A DNA stretch of 64,000 bases from Azolla caroliniana. Lineage: Eukaryota; Plantae; Polypodiophyta. The stretch covers positions 14,260,001-14,324,000 of the forward strand of contig JBHGNT010000006.1 in assembly GCA_043228905.1 (NCBI GenBank). Direction: 5' to 3'. The notes under the pieces are model-generated. The model ran no database searches. It was not told where the DNA came from and was given only the letters and a program-made list of their open reading frames with translations. Positions 35,218 through 46,932 of the stretch are shown one piece after another. Position 1 is the first letter of the stretch, and the number at the start of each line of letters is the position of its first letter. The position numbers were made by a program, and so were the translations under genes.

Positions 35218-38200
35218 TGTTAGGAGTCCACACTTCGATTCACCTTCTTCTTCCCGGCCACAACCGAGTAATCGCGATTCAATGCAGCAGAAAATAGGAA
35301 CCTCAGAGAAAGACGCGATACACAGGGACTAACGTGGAAAACCCTATACGGGAAAAACCACGGGAGTGCGAGACTCCAAACCAAACTATGCACAGAGAAA
35401 TATACAATGGCGAGCTGCAAGGCGACGACCTTGAGCTCGCTGTCCTCGCCACAGGCGGCGGTATTACACAGAGGCGTCGACCTCTTCGTTTCTCTCTCTC
35501 TCTCTCTCTCTCTCTCGGCTGCTCTCACTCTGCTCTCTCGACTAGAACATAAAATGAGCAACAACATAAAACTGTTTGCCCTAAGTCATATTTATACACA
35601 TATGACTTTCGGGCTATTTACAAATATAGCCTCAAGGGCTCTTGGCAAACATATTCACAAATATGTCCCCGCATCCGGATCTCTCTCCGGGTACATTCGT
35701 CATCCGGCTCCGTGGCCGGGGTCTTCGTCATCCGGCTCCGTAACCGGGTCTTCGTCATCCGGCTCCGTAACCGGGTCTTCGTCATCCGGCTCCGTCACCG
35801 GGTACTATTCATCATCCGGTTCCGTAACCGTAACCGGGCTTGCCGTCATTCATCTCCGGACATCCCATCCGGAGGGACCGTAAATCCCAACAAACTCCCC
35901 CTTCACTTCGGCATGGGATGTCTCTCCAATCCGATCCTCCTCCGGCATGCTTCCAGCTTGTCGGGTGTAAGTACCTTAGTCAGCATATCCGACCCGTTCT
36001 CGTCCGTGTGGATCTTCGTCAGCACGAACTCCTTGTCTTCTATCCTTTCCCGGATCCAGTGATATCTTCGCTGGATGTGCTTCGTCCGGGAGTGATAGGC
36101 CGCGTTCTTCGCAAGGTGGATGGCACTCTGACTGTCGCAGTAGAGTCGGTACTCCTCCTGCCGGATACCGAGCTCTCTAATGAAGTCCTTCATCCATATT
36201 ATTTCCTTGCCGGCTTCAACAGCCGCCATGTACTCCGCCTCCGTGGTTGACAGTGCAACCGTCTTCTGCAGCCTCGACTGCCATGAAACAGCTCCCCCTG
36301 CATACGTCATCACATACCCTGATGTGGACCGGCTGGTATCTGCATCAGCCGACATATCCGAATCGGTAAATCCATCGAGTTCGGGCTTACCGGAGCCGAA
36401 TCGGAGGCACATGTTTGCCGTGCCCTTCAGGTATCGGAGTATCCATTTGACCGCGTTCCAATGCTCTTTGCCGGGATTGCTCATGTACCGGCTCACCACT
36501 CCGACTGCATATCCGATGTCCGGTCTCGTACACACCATGGCGTACATCAAGCTCCCGACGGCTGAGGCATACGGCACTTTCATCATATCCTCCTTTTCAG
36601 CCTTTGTCTTGGGACTTTGCTTGCTGGACAGCTTGCAGTTTGCCGGGAGGGTTGATCCGACCGGTCTTGCTTCCGACTTGTTGAACCGTTGAAGCACCTT
36701 TGTTACGTACTTCTCTTGTGACAGCCACAACTGCTTCTTCTTTCGGTCCCGGATGATATGCATCCCTAGTATTTGCCTCGCCGGACCCAGGTCCTTCATT
36801 GAGAAGGTTCGGTGAAGTGCTTTCTTCAGCATCCGTATCTTGACCTGGTCCCGTCCGACGATCAACATGTCGTCCACGTACAGGAGGAGTATTAGGAAGT
36901 CTCCTCCTTCGAACTTCTTCACAAACACGCAGTGGTCGGACTGCGTTTTGAGGTACCCTTCGTCGGTCATGAAGGAGTCGAACTTCCGGTACCATTGCCG
37001 GGGAGCCTGCTTCAGACCGTAGAGGCTCTTCTTCAACCGGCATACCAGGTGCTCCTTTCCTTTCTTCTCGAATCCTTCCGGTTGCTGCATGTAGATCTCT
37101 TCTTCGAGGTCACCGTGAAGGAATGCCGTCTTCACGTCCATCTGTTCTACCTCGAGGTCCATGCTTGCCGCTATGCTCAGCACCGTCCGGATGGAGGTCA
37201 TCTTCACTACCGGGGCAAAAATCTCGTCAAAGTCGACGCCCTTCTTCTGCTGGAACCCCTTCACCACGATCCTGGCTTTGTATCTTGGGGGGTTTCCGGC
37301 ATCTCCCGGTTTCAGCTTGAACACCCACTTGTTACGGAGTGCCCGTTTTCCTTTCGGCAGCTCCACAAGTTCATATGTGTGGTTCTCATGCAGGGAATCC
37401 ATCTCCTCCTGCATGGCACTTAACCACCTGCGGCTATGGGTGTCATGCTTCGCTTCTTCAAAGCTCTCCGGCTCCCCCTCGTCGGTTAGCAGCACGTGCT
37501 CTGGTTCCGGAAATCTCCGGGGGGCCCTTCTCTCTCTTAGAGGATATCTCCGTTCCGGAGCTTCGGTAACCGGTTCTTCCGATTCTTCTTCATCCGAATC
37601 CATTTCGGGATCGGGGCCGGTTCCGGTATCATTTTCATCTTCTTCGGCCGGTTCTGTTTCTTCACCGTCTTCGGCCGGATCCTCGAGTGCTAACCGGTCC
37701 CTTGCCGGTCGGGACTGCTCCTCGTAGAGTTGATCCTCACCGGTCGACTTGGAGCTCTTCATCTTCTTCTCCGACTCCCAGTCGGCGAGTGTCTTGTCCT
37801 CCATGAAGATGATGTCTCGACTCCTGAATATCTTCTTGTCGACCGGGTCCCATACTCGGTAGCCGAACTCGTCGTTGCCGTAACCGAGGAATATGCATGG
37901 CCGGGTCTTTGGATCTAGCTTTCCTCTCCGGTCCTTTGCCACATGTACATACACTAGACACCCGAACACCTTCAGATGCCGGTAGGACACTTCCTTACCG
38001 GTCCACACTCTCTGCGGCGTGTCTCCATCCAAAGGTACTGAGGGTGATCTGTTTATCACGTATGTCGCCGTCGACATTGCCTCAGCCCAAAACCCCTTGG
38101 GTAATTTCGCATGCGCCAGCATACTCCGGACCCTCTCCATTATGGTCCGGTTCATCCTCTCGGCCAGCCCGTTCAGTTCCGGCGTCTTCGGCACAGTAAA

Positions 38201-40277
38201 CTCGAGCCGGATTCCCATCGAACGGCAATACTCCTCAAATTGCCCTCGGTATTCTCCTCCGTTATCCGCTCGTATCGCTTTCAGCTTCTTGCCGGATTCC
38301 CTTTCCACTCTCGCGTGGAGTTCTTTGAAGACGGACAATACTTGGTCCTTTGTCTTCAACGGTGCCGTCCACAGCTTCCGGCTGTGATCATCTATGAATG
38401 TTACGAAGTACTGGGCTCCGCCATGTGACTTCGTTTCTACTTGACACACGTCAGTATGCACCAACTCCAATGGTGCGCTACGTCTCGTCGGTGGCCTTGA
38501 GTGGAAGGAGGCTCGGTTCTGCTTACCGGCCAGGCAATCGGTGCACTTCTCCAGGTGCACATGCTTCACTGGAATGAGGTTGTCATCTGCAAGCCTCTTC
38601 ATCCCCTTCTCACTCATGTGGCACAGTCTCTTGTGCCACAGCTCACCGGCAGTGTCGGCTGCCACGTTCAACTCTTCCGGACATAACCGGGCATTCATCA
38701 GGTACAGTGTGTTGTCTTTCCGGGCCCGAGCCACTATCAAGCTCCCCTTGCTGAACTTCATTACGCCGTTCCGGATGCTACCTGTGTAGCCTTCATCGTC
38801 TAGCCTCCCGGCCGAGATCAGGTTCAATCGAACCTCCGGAACGTGTCGGACATCCTTCAGCAGCATTTTGCATCCGGTCGGGGTTGTCAACCACACGTCT
38901 CCGATGCCGGCAATCCGGCACGTACCTTCATTTCCCATCCGAACACAACCATGCTCACCGGCTGTGTAGGATGAAAAGTATCTTCTTTCCGGGGTCAGGT
39001 GGAACGACGCTCCGGAATCGACCACCCAGGTCATCTCTTCACCGGCAAGGTTTAGCTCCCTCTCTTCGGTAATGAGCATTATCTCTTCTTCACTTGCCGC
39101 GAGTGCCGTCGTTCCTTTCCGGTCCTGCCCTCGCCGATCCGGACCTCTCCGGTCCGTGGCTCCCCGGTATGCACCGTTTCTCTCCGGCGACTTCTTCGAA
39201 TCGGTGTCGTCGGCTCCATTGTCTTTTCGGTAATGCCGACAATTCTTCCGGAAGTGCCCCGGCTTCCCACAGTGGAAGCATGTAGGCCTTCCTCTTGACT
39301 GCGACCGGGTCCCCGACTTCTCCCGTCTTTGCGGACTCCGGTTCCATTGTCTTCCCCGATCCGATTCGGTAAGCAGCGCCTTCGTGTCGGAGGCCGGTTC
39401 TTTATCTCTCCGACGCGCTTCTTCGTTCAAAATACTTGTCTTTACCGTTTGTAGAGACAAGTTATCTTCGGTGCAGGAGGTGCTGAGAGTCACCACCAAG
39501 TTCTCCCAGCTGTCCGGCAATGTGCACATCAGGATGATGGCTTGCATTGCATCCTCCAACGGGAACTTGATCGCCGCAAGCTGGTTCACGAATCCCATGA
39601 ACGTGCTTACGTGTTCCACCATACTCTCGCCGTCCCGGTACTTGAGATTCACTATCTTTCTCATCAGGGAGGTCCGGTTCAACGCATTCTTCCTCTCGTA
39701 GAGGCCCGACAGCTTCTTCCACATCTCATATGCGTTGGTGTCGTTCGCCACATGTTGTAGGACGCTTACATCGACATATTGCCGGATCGTCGCTACGGCT
39801 TTCCGGTTCAGAAGCCTCCATTCCGTCTCAAGTACCCCCTTCGGTATTTCCGACCTGTCAATCGGTTCGTACAGGTCCCGAACAATCAGAAGATCCTCCA
39901 TCTTGATCTTCCAGTCGGCGTAGTTCTGCGCATTCAGCACCATCATCCCCGGCTGCCCGCTGCTGCCGCCTTCCATTTTCTGCACTGCCGTCGCTCTGAT
40001 ACCACTTTGTTAGGAGTCCACACTTCGATTCACCTTCTTCTTCCCGGCCACAACCGAGTAATCGCGATTCAATGCAGCAGAAAATAGGAACCTCAGAGAA
40101 AGACGCGATACACAGGGATTAACGTGGAAAACCCTATACGGGAAAAACCACGGGAGTGCGAGACTCCAAACCAAACTATGCACAGAGAAATATACAATGG
40201 CGAGCTGCAAGGCGACGACCTTGAGCTCGCTGTCCTCGCCACAGGCGGCGGTATTACACAGAGGCGTCGACCTCTTC

Positions 40278-40309
<32 letters not shown>

Positions 40310-40684
40310 GCTGCTCTCACTCTGCTCTCTCGACTAGAACATAAAATGAGCAACAACATAAAACTGTTTGCCCTAAGTCATATTTATACACATATGACTT
40401 TCGGGCTATTTACAAATATAGCCTCAAGGGCTCTTGGCAAACATATTCACAAATATGTCCCCGCATCCGGATCTCTCTCCGGGTACATTCGTCATCCGGC
40501 TCCGTGGCCGGGGTCTTCGTCATCCGGCTCCGTAACCGGGTCTTCGTCATCCGGCTCCGTAACCGGGTCTTCGTCATCCGGCTCCGTCACCGGGTACTAT
40601 TCATCATCCGGTTCCGTAACCGTAACCGGGCTTGCCGTCATTCATCTCCGGACATCCCATCCGGAGGGACCGTAAATCCCAACA
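35218..40684 (-). mobile_element. Intact Tnt1/Tork-like copia, copy 1
   Basis: LTRs 35218-35892 and 40008-40684 (one SNP plus a CT-repeat difference seen); TSD CCGAA; iMet PBS 39993-40004; PPT GGGGGAG. Confidence 0.96.
35903..39976 (-). CDS. Copia Gag-Pol polyprotein (gag, PR, INT, RT, RH)
   Basis: CFHCGKPGHFRKNC, WVVDSGAS, LWHKRLCH, RADNGGEY, QMDVKTAFLHG, LYVDDM, RTKHI; uninterrupted. Confidence 0.96.
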   Translation of the reverse strand: MEGGSSGQPGMMVLNAQNYADWKIKMEDLLIVRDLYEPIDRSEIPKGVLETEWRLLNRKAVATIRQYVDVSVLQHVANDTNAYEMWKKLSGLYERKNALNRTSLMRKIVNLKYRDGESMVEHVSTFMGFVNQLAAIKFPLEDAMQAIILMCTLPDSWENLVVTLSTSCTEDNLSLQTVKTSILNEEARRRDKEPASDTKALLTESDRGRQWNRSPQRREKSGTRSQSRGRPTCFHCGKPGHFRKNCRHYRKDNGADDTDSKKSPERNGAYRGATDRRGPDRRGQDRKGTTALAASEEEIMLITEERELNLAGEEMTWVVDSGASFHLTPERRYFSSYTAGEHGCVRMGNEGTCRIAGIGDVWLTTPTGCKMLLKDVRHVPEVRLNLISAGRLDDEGYTGSIRNGVMKFSKGSLIVARARKDNTLYLMNARLCPEELNVAADTAGELWHKRLCHMSEKGMKRLADDNLIPVKHVHLEKCTDCLAGKQNRASFHSRPPTRRSAPLELVHTDVCQVETKSHGGAQYFVTFIDDHSRKLWTAPLKTKDQVLSVFKELHARVERESGKKLKAIRADNGGEYRGQFEEYCRSMGIRLEFTVPKTPELNGLAERMNRTIMERVRSMLAHAKLPKGFWAEAMSTATYVINRSPSVPLDGDTPQRVWTGKEVSYRHLKVFGCLVYVHVAKDRRGKLDPKTRPCIFLGYGNDEFGYRVWDPVDKKIFRSRDIIFMEDKTLADWESEKKMKSSKSTGEDQLYEEQSRPARDRLALEDPAEDGEETEPAEEDENDTGTGPDPEMDSDEEESEEPVTEAPERRYPLRERRAPRRFPEPEHVLLTDEGEPESFEEAKHDTHSRRWLSAMQEEMDSLHENHTYELVELPKGKRALRNKWVFKLKPGDAGNPPRYKARIVVKGFQQKKGVDFDEIFAPVVKMTSIRTVLSIAASMDLEVEQMDVKTAFLHGDLEEEIYMQQPEGFEKKGKEHLVCRLKKSLYGLKQAPRQWYRKFDSFMTDEGYLKTQSDHCVFVKKFEGGDFLILLLYVDDMLIVGRDQVKIRMLKKALHRTFSMKDLGPARQILGMHIIRDRKKKQLWLSQEKYVTKVLQRFNKSEARPVGSTLPANCKLSSKQSPKTKAEKEDMMKVPYASAVGSLMYAMVCTRPDIGYAVGVVSRYMSNPGKEHWNAVKWILRYLKGTANMCLRFGSGKPELDGFTDSDMSADADTSRSTSGYVMTYAGGAVSWQSRLQKTVALSTTEAEYMAAVEAGKEIIWMKDFIRELGIRQEEYRLYCDSQSAIHLAKNAAYHSRTKHIQRRYHWIRERIEDKEFVLTKIHTDENGSDMLTKVLTPDKLEACRRRIGLERHPMPK

Positions 40685-40837
40685 CCGAAGACGCCGGATT
40701 TGAATGGGCTGGCTGAAAGGATGAACCGGACCATAATGGAGAGAGTCTGGATCATGCTCACACATGCCAAGTTACCCAAGACGTTTTGGGCTGAGGCGCT
40801 AACGACGACCTATGTGATAAACTCACCTCAGAAAGTA

Positions 40838-43800
40838 TGTCATGATGAGAGTGAGGAAAAAGATAGAGAAGAGTAGAGGAAGAGAAAAACATACTTCAAT
40901 ACACTATTAGGAAACCAATATCATCTTCTTAGACTCTACAAATAACAACCACAAATAACTATACTCTAACCTCAATGACCATATTTGAAAATAGTCTTTT
41001 CTTCTTCACCCTTTTTTCTACTAAGCTTCTTCTCACTTCTTCTAGCCTTTTTATTCTTCCTCCCTTCTTCTTGTAGATATTCTCTTCTTACTCCCTTCTT
41101 CTCTTGTAGATCTTATATTCTTCCTTTTCTCAATAGCTAAGAATACCCTCATATTTATAGGTTTTTAGTTGCGTTATTCTTGCTTTTTTCTTTTCTTTTC
41201 TTTTACATATCCTTGAGTTTGTGTGGTGCTTTTTTCATATCATTATTTCTGGTTTGCCATCCAAATTTATCACACAAGAAAGCTCTCTTTGTTAGCTTTC
41301 TTAGGAATATTTTCTTTTGAAATTTAGATAAGAGATGAAGAAATTATGAGCTTTTTTCTCTACCTTGCTTTCTCTGCATTATTATGCGTTTTTTCCCCTT
41401 GTTTTCTTTTCTCTTGCTTTTTCTACTTTTGGAAAACGCCTCTAACTTCATATCCCTTCAATTTCATTCTTCTTTTAACTCTTGAATCTTTCATATTGTG
41501 CTTTATTCTTATAAACCTTAGCATTCGATGTAGGCTATAGACAAAGAAGGAGTATAAATACTAAAAATGTAACAAATTATTGTGTGAGAAAAAACCTCCG
41601 TTAAGCGGTGGGAAAAAAAACTCACACTCCTACAAAAACAAAAATTTAAAACATGGCAACGATATTATAATCTCTCCTATTGCCAAATATAGGAGGATCA
41701 TGATTTAGTTGGGGAATATGCTTGGGGACAAATCCACTTCTTGTTCCCCATGATCATTTTCTTGAATGTCCTTATCCATTATAGAAATGTAGGTATGTCC
41801 CCGATTCACGTACTTCTTTAGGCACCATCCATTCACACGTAGTTCATGATGAGTCCCATCCATGTTCTTGAGTTGATAACTTCCATTGTCAAAGCAATCG
41901 TGCACCACAAAAGGTCCTTCCCAACGATTTATCATCTTTTGTCCTTTATATTGTCAAAACGATTGTTGTAGCGAAGGACAAGAGATCCTTTTGAAAAAGT
42001 ATTTTTTCTTGACCTTTTATCATAATACTTCTTCCTCCTCCAAAACTGTTGTATATAATGCTCTACTGCTTCCTCCCTTGAATATTGTAGAATATGGTTT
42101 TGTGACAACCTATCCATCATGAAACATTCTTCATCACATAGAGATGCTCTTAAGAGTCTATTGCTTCTAACTTGAAGTTCGATCGGAAATAAAGCTTCTT
42201 GTCCATACACTAAGAAAAAAGGTGTAAAACCTATGGATGACTTATATGATATACGATAGGCCCATAGAGCATCATCAAGGAACTCATCCCATGTTCTTAT
42301 TCTATTTGTTACAAGTGTTTGAAGATTTTTAACCAAAATACCATTTACCTTTTCGACTGCTCCATTAGCTTGAGGATAATAAGGAGTAGAATACCTATGT
42401 TTAATCTTTAACCTTTCTAATAAGCAAGCCAACACTTCACCACGAAAACTTGGACCATGATCAGATACAATCTCTAGCGGTACACCGAATCTTGTTCAAA
42501 TATTACAGTAGATGAATTGGGCCACATCCCTTGCTTTAATCGAGGATGTTGCTATTGCTTCTACCCACTTAGTCATGTAATCAGTAGCTACCAATATGAA
42601 TTCTTTACTGCTTTGGGTTCTTGGAAGGGGACCCACTGTATCAATTCCCCATTTTTCAAAGGGAGCAAAAACCAGAATAGGATGCGAAGGGCCTTCTTGA
42701 AGATGTCTTCCTCCTGCCTTTTGACAAGCATCACACGACTTGCACCATTCATGAATATCTTTGTGAATAGAAGGCCATGTAAAACCCATTAATAAAATTT
42801 TTGTCAACATGATATCATGAAAAATGCCCTTTGCAATCCTCCTCATGCATCTTTTGTAAGGTCTCCACAATTTCCTTCTTAATAGGCACTCGTCGTAAAA
42901 CACCATCTTTGCCTTTATGATATAAGTCCTTATCCCCATCATATATTGGGATGCTCTCACTACCAATCGTTTTCTTTGTGTAGAATTTAAACATTTAGGA
43001 AAATCACCACCATCAAGATACTCACATACCTCCATAAGAGATGTCGCATCTTTACACTCTTCCAGAATGCATATTGTCTCAAGTTTCAATTTATTTAGTT
43101 GACCTTGATCAAGTGCATCAACATCTTTTTCGTCCAAACGACTTAAATGTTTTAGTTGAACTTTATGAAAACACTTAATTAAAGTTAGTGCCTCCTTAAA
43201 AAACATACGTAAACCATCACTTTGACATTTCCACACTCCTTGAATTTGTTTGATAACCAAAAGAGAATCACCTTTTATGATCAATCTTCTAATATCTCTT
43301 GTCTTACAAATTCGAAGGCCATAGCACAAAATGGCATACTCTGCTTCATTGTTGGTATTGGCATTGGATAAAATAATACCCTCCATGTTCACGGTCTCTC
43401 CATTAGGGTCTCTAATAACGAGGCCTCCAACCGCTGAATGCATCGCCTTACAAAACGCTCCATCAAAGAATAACGTAAAAGCATCCTCCATATCTGGTTC
43501 AGGAAGAGCTTCTCTTATCTTTATCAATTCCTCCTCACGAAGGTTTTCTCTAAAAGTGAGAAGATCCGCCAACTCCGTGTGCATGGTAGAGTCAAGCTTA
43601 ACCTCATAATCATATTCAACTAATTGGAGAGCCCATTTCATAATCCTAGTTGACACACTAACATGTTGGAGAATATATATGGTAGTAAGGGCATACTAGT
43701 GATGATTACAAAGTGTTGGGAAATTAGAAAACTCCTAAACTTTTTGCATGCATAAATTAGGGTTAACATCCACTTCTCTATATCCATGAAAGTCTTTTCC

Positions 43801-44163
43801 ACGTCACTTATGGCTCTACTAATAAAGTAAATAGGATGCATAAGTTTATTATGAGGATCTTGTTGCATAAGAATAGCACCAATAGCATGGGAACTAACAC
43901 TAAGAGAGAGGAAGAAAGTGGAACTACTATGTGGAGGCTTAAGGATAGGAGCTTTCAATAATAGAACTCTTATTGTATTAAATCTTTCTTCTAGAAAAGG
44001 ACTCTAAATGGATAAAGTACTTGGGCTAGCGTATGGATGAACCTTTCAAAATAAAACACCTTTTGTACAAATGTTTCCAATGACTTAAAATCGTTCAGGT
44101 AAGGTGGATCTTCTAGTGCCTTAATCTTTGATGGATCCACCTTGATTCCTTGAAGAGATTGAT
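40838..44163 (-). mobile_element. Decayed Tat-type gypsy (RT end, RH, additional archaeal-type RNase H, INT) with probable 3' LTR from 40838
   Basis: GIKVDPSKI, HPIYFISR, LFFDGA...TNNEAEY...GDSLLVIKQ, FEKWGIDTVGP, YYPQANG, RWEGPF; TGTCATGA at 40838; inner LTR boundary unresolved. Confidence 0.8.
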
Positions 44164-44894
44164 TGTTAAGGATCTATGTATCGATGGAGTAAGCTCCTCG
44201 ATATCGTGGCGGGATTCGGACCGGCGTATACCCTCTTGATGGCGAATCGGGCGGAGATGGTTGTCGGATACCTCCGAGCCTCACACTCACTCAACGATTA
44301 GTAAATGATTAAGCACTATATCTCTCTCCCTCTCTCAAGATCTCTCTCATAGACAATAGATTAATAGATATAGACAATAAGAAGCAAGAGTATGTCTATT
44401 ATTAACCCTCTTTGCTAACAGGTCTAGCACCAACAAGGAGAGAGATTAGTGTTTTCTAACTCAACACTTCACTAATCTCTCTTAAGCTGAAAGGTTACAA
44501 GAAGGAGGAAAGGAAGCTCTAGCTCTAATCAACAGGAGATCTTTACAAATGGGAGAACCCCCACAAAGCCACTACTATGTGGTTTATATAGCTTTCACGT
44601 TTAGGGTATGGGCCTTTCACATTTGACCATCTCTTTGCTTTCCTTTCCTCTTGCCGTTTCCTCTTCGTACTACGTCCTTGTTGATGCGTTCTTATTCGTG
44701 ACTGGTTGTGTTGTTATCCCAACGCTTAACATCCCCCCCAACCTAATGAGTGCACACTCCTGGGTGCACTGTGGGAGGGGAGCTTCGGGCGTCGAGGGGG
44801 AGTAGAATTGAGTAGGGGGGTTCGTTGGGGGGCGGGTGGTGTCGTGACTTGAGAATAGGAGAGAGAAAAATAAGATGACAGTAGAAGGTAGAGG

Positions 44895-44938
<44 letters not shown>

Positions 44939-45203
44939 ACTAGAAATGGAAAGAGAGTTTATATTATAAGAGAGCAAGGATTACAAAGAGTAGGCTAAGG
45001 GGCTACAAACTGGTGTTGAACCGAATGAGTTGTGATGAATGAATAGACACCTATTTATAGGTCCTTATGGAGTATTCTGGAATGTTCTAGAATATTTTAG
45101 ATATTTATGATATTTAATATAATCATGGAATATCCTAGAATGTTCTAGAATACTCTAAATGTTTTGTAATAACTAATAATACATTTATTATAACTATACA
45201 TTA

Positions 45204-45276
45204 TATATGTTAGTATAATGGTTAAAGGTCTAACATATAGACCAAGACGTCTTGAGCTCGAATCCTTGTAAGGCCA
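45204..45276 (+). other. tRNA-like Pol III A/B-box cassette in the LTR (second copy 47209-47281)
   Basis: A box TAGTATAATGG at 45211, hairpin GGTCTA-ACATA-TAGACC in the anticodon-arm position, B-box-like AGCTCGAATCC at 45255 (44 nt spacing). Confidence 0.55.
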
Positions 45277-45412
45277 AAATGTATGTCGTCATGACATTAT
45301 CCCCCCTTTTCGACGACGAGTTCCACGAGTCGGAAGACAAGATTTCGGACTTGGCTTATGAGGATATTTGTTGTGAAATGCAGCAACCATTTCGGAGGCA
45401 TTAGCAAGATTC

Positions 45413-45856
45413 TCAAGAGGTTTCGATAGTTACTTTATTCAATCCTCGATAATCCACGACCAGACGAAGCGAACCATCTTTCTTCTTAACGAAAAATATG
45501 GGTGCACCAGCAGGAGATCTTGAATGCTGGATAAACCCATTTGCCAAGTTCTCATCGATATATTCCCGAAGAACCTCTAACTCTATGGGTGAAAGGTTAT
45601 AAATTGGCCCCCATGGAGGCCCTTTTCCGGGCTGCAAATCAATCGGGCAATCATATGGTCGATGCTCTAGTAGTCTATTGGCCTTCACCTTATCAAAAAC
45701 ATCGGAGAATTCTATATATTTCTTCGGTAGTTGGACCCCCAATTCTTGTGAGCTTGATGTGGGAGTTGCTAAAACTGCGAACACCAACATGTCTTCCTTC
45801 CGTCCTTCCTCACGTAATTGATGTATAGAGATTGTCGAAATCTTTTGGAATGTCAT
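45413..45856 (-). pseudogene. Truncated pol fragment (start of RT)
   Basis: [14 protein letters not shown]...[30 protein letters not shown], homologous to the pol at 21856-25452. Confidence 0.9.
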
Positions 45857-45954
45857 ATCCTTTGTTGGAGTTTTAAGAGGCTCAGACTGTATTGTGACTT
45901 CTTCTTCTTATCTTAACCTTATTCAACCAAATCTAGCAATTTTCTATCGCAACT

Positions 45955-46932
45955 ATGGAGTCCGTCAACAAGCAAGAATATGTGCGTGTTCTCTCCGAGC
46001 TCGAAATGCTAACAACCAAATTTGTGGCACTAGAGCATGAAAATCAAAGATTGTTGGGAGACCTACAACAAGTAAGTGCTGAGAAAGTACAACAATATGA
46101 AGAATTATCTCAACGGGTGCATCAATTGGAGACTACTCTATTGCAACGACAAGCGGCGGAAGTTCAAACCTCGCCGAAGGAACCCAAGATTAGTCTGCCG
46201 GCCAAGTTTGATGGTACAAGGTCTCAGTTTCGTGGATTTTTAAATCAGGTACGACTTGTGATTAAATTGCATCCTAGCCATTACCCAATTGATGTTGCTC
46301 GTGTGGGTCTAGTTGGTACCTTGTTAACGGGTACCGCATTAGCGTGGTTTGCACCACTCCTAGAGAAGCACTCACCATTATTAGAAGATTTTGAAGGGTT
46401 TATTAATGAGTTCCAAGCCAACTTTGGAGACACTGATAGTATGAGGACTGTAATAAACAAAATTCGGCGATTACGACAAGGAGATCGTCCTACTTCCGCT
46501 TATGCTGTAGATTTTCGCCTTCTAGCATGTGATATTCCATGGGACGAGGCGGCATTAATGGACCAATTTCGTCAAGGTCTGCACAATTATGTGAAGGATT
46601 TACTTCTTACCTTCCATGATGATCCAAAATCTCTTACTGAAGCAGTAAGCCGGGCCATGCGATCTGACAATCGCTTATTTGAGAGATGTTCTGAGCGCCA
46701 ACAAATGTTACGCTTTCGACCAACAGAAACATATGCTTCGGTGGTTGCAACTCCACCCCAAGTATCAAAGTCAAGTGTGGTGGAAGGCCCTACTCCAATG
46801 GAAATTGAGACAACACGACGTCGAGGACCATTATTGGATGCTGAAAAGCAACGACGGCGAGCGAATCGTCTATGCCTCTATTATGGTGGTCCAGGGCATA
46901 TTGCTGTGAATTGTCCACACAAACCACGATGA
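45955..46932 (+). CDS. gag: Gag (Tcn1/sushi-type), inverted relative to its LTRs, knuckle degenerate
   Basis: Collinear homolog of the gag at 25440-26591; CLYYGGPGHIAVNC. Confidence 0.85.
   Translation: MESVNKQEYVRVLSELEMLTTKFVALEHENQRLLGDLQQVSAEKVQQYEELSQRVHQLETTLLQRQAAEVQTSPKEPKISLPAKFDGTRSQFRGFLNQVRLVIKLHPSHYPIDVARVGLVGTLLTGTALAWFAPLLEKHSPLLEDFEGFINEFQANFGDTDSMRTVINKIRRLRQGDRPTSAYAVDFRLLACDIPWDEAALMDQFRQGLHNYVKDLLLTFHDDPKSLTEAVSRAMRSDNRLFERCSERQQMLRFRPTETYASVVATPPQVSKSSVVEGPTPMEIETTRRRGPLLDAEKQRRRANRLCLYYGGPGHIAVNCPHKPR

Larger units (their letters stand above)
19804..40837 (+). mobile_element. Decayed Tnt1/Tork-like copia host split by three nested insertions (pieces 19804-21415, 27111-27266, 34558-35217, 40685-40837)
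   Basis: Partial 5' LTR to ~20430, PBS TGGTATAAGAGC, gag from ATG 20459; reading resumes across each insertion (SFHLT|PDRRC, KDVRHV|LEVRL, EFTVP|KTPDLNG); homologous to the intact copia copies. Confidence 0.88.

Noticed and set aside
36180-39923. Recurrent plus-strand ORFs over the copia polyproteins (also 51597-55340 and 60864-63917)
   Set aside because: Antisense shadows of GC-rich coding sequence; they recur only because the copies are near-identical
45922-45932. Retained self-priming PBS upstream of the inverted gag
   Set aside because: Two mismatches in 11 nt and different spacing to the ATG than in the intact relative; not supportable
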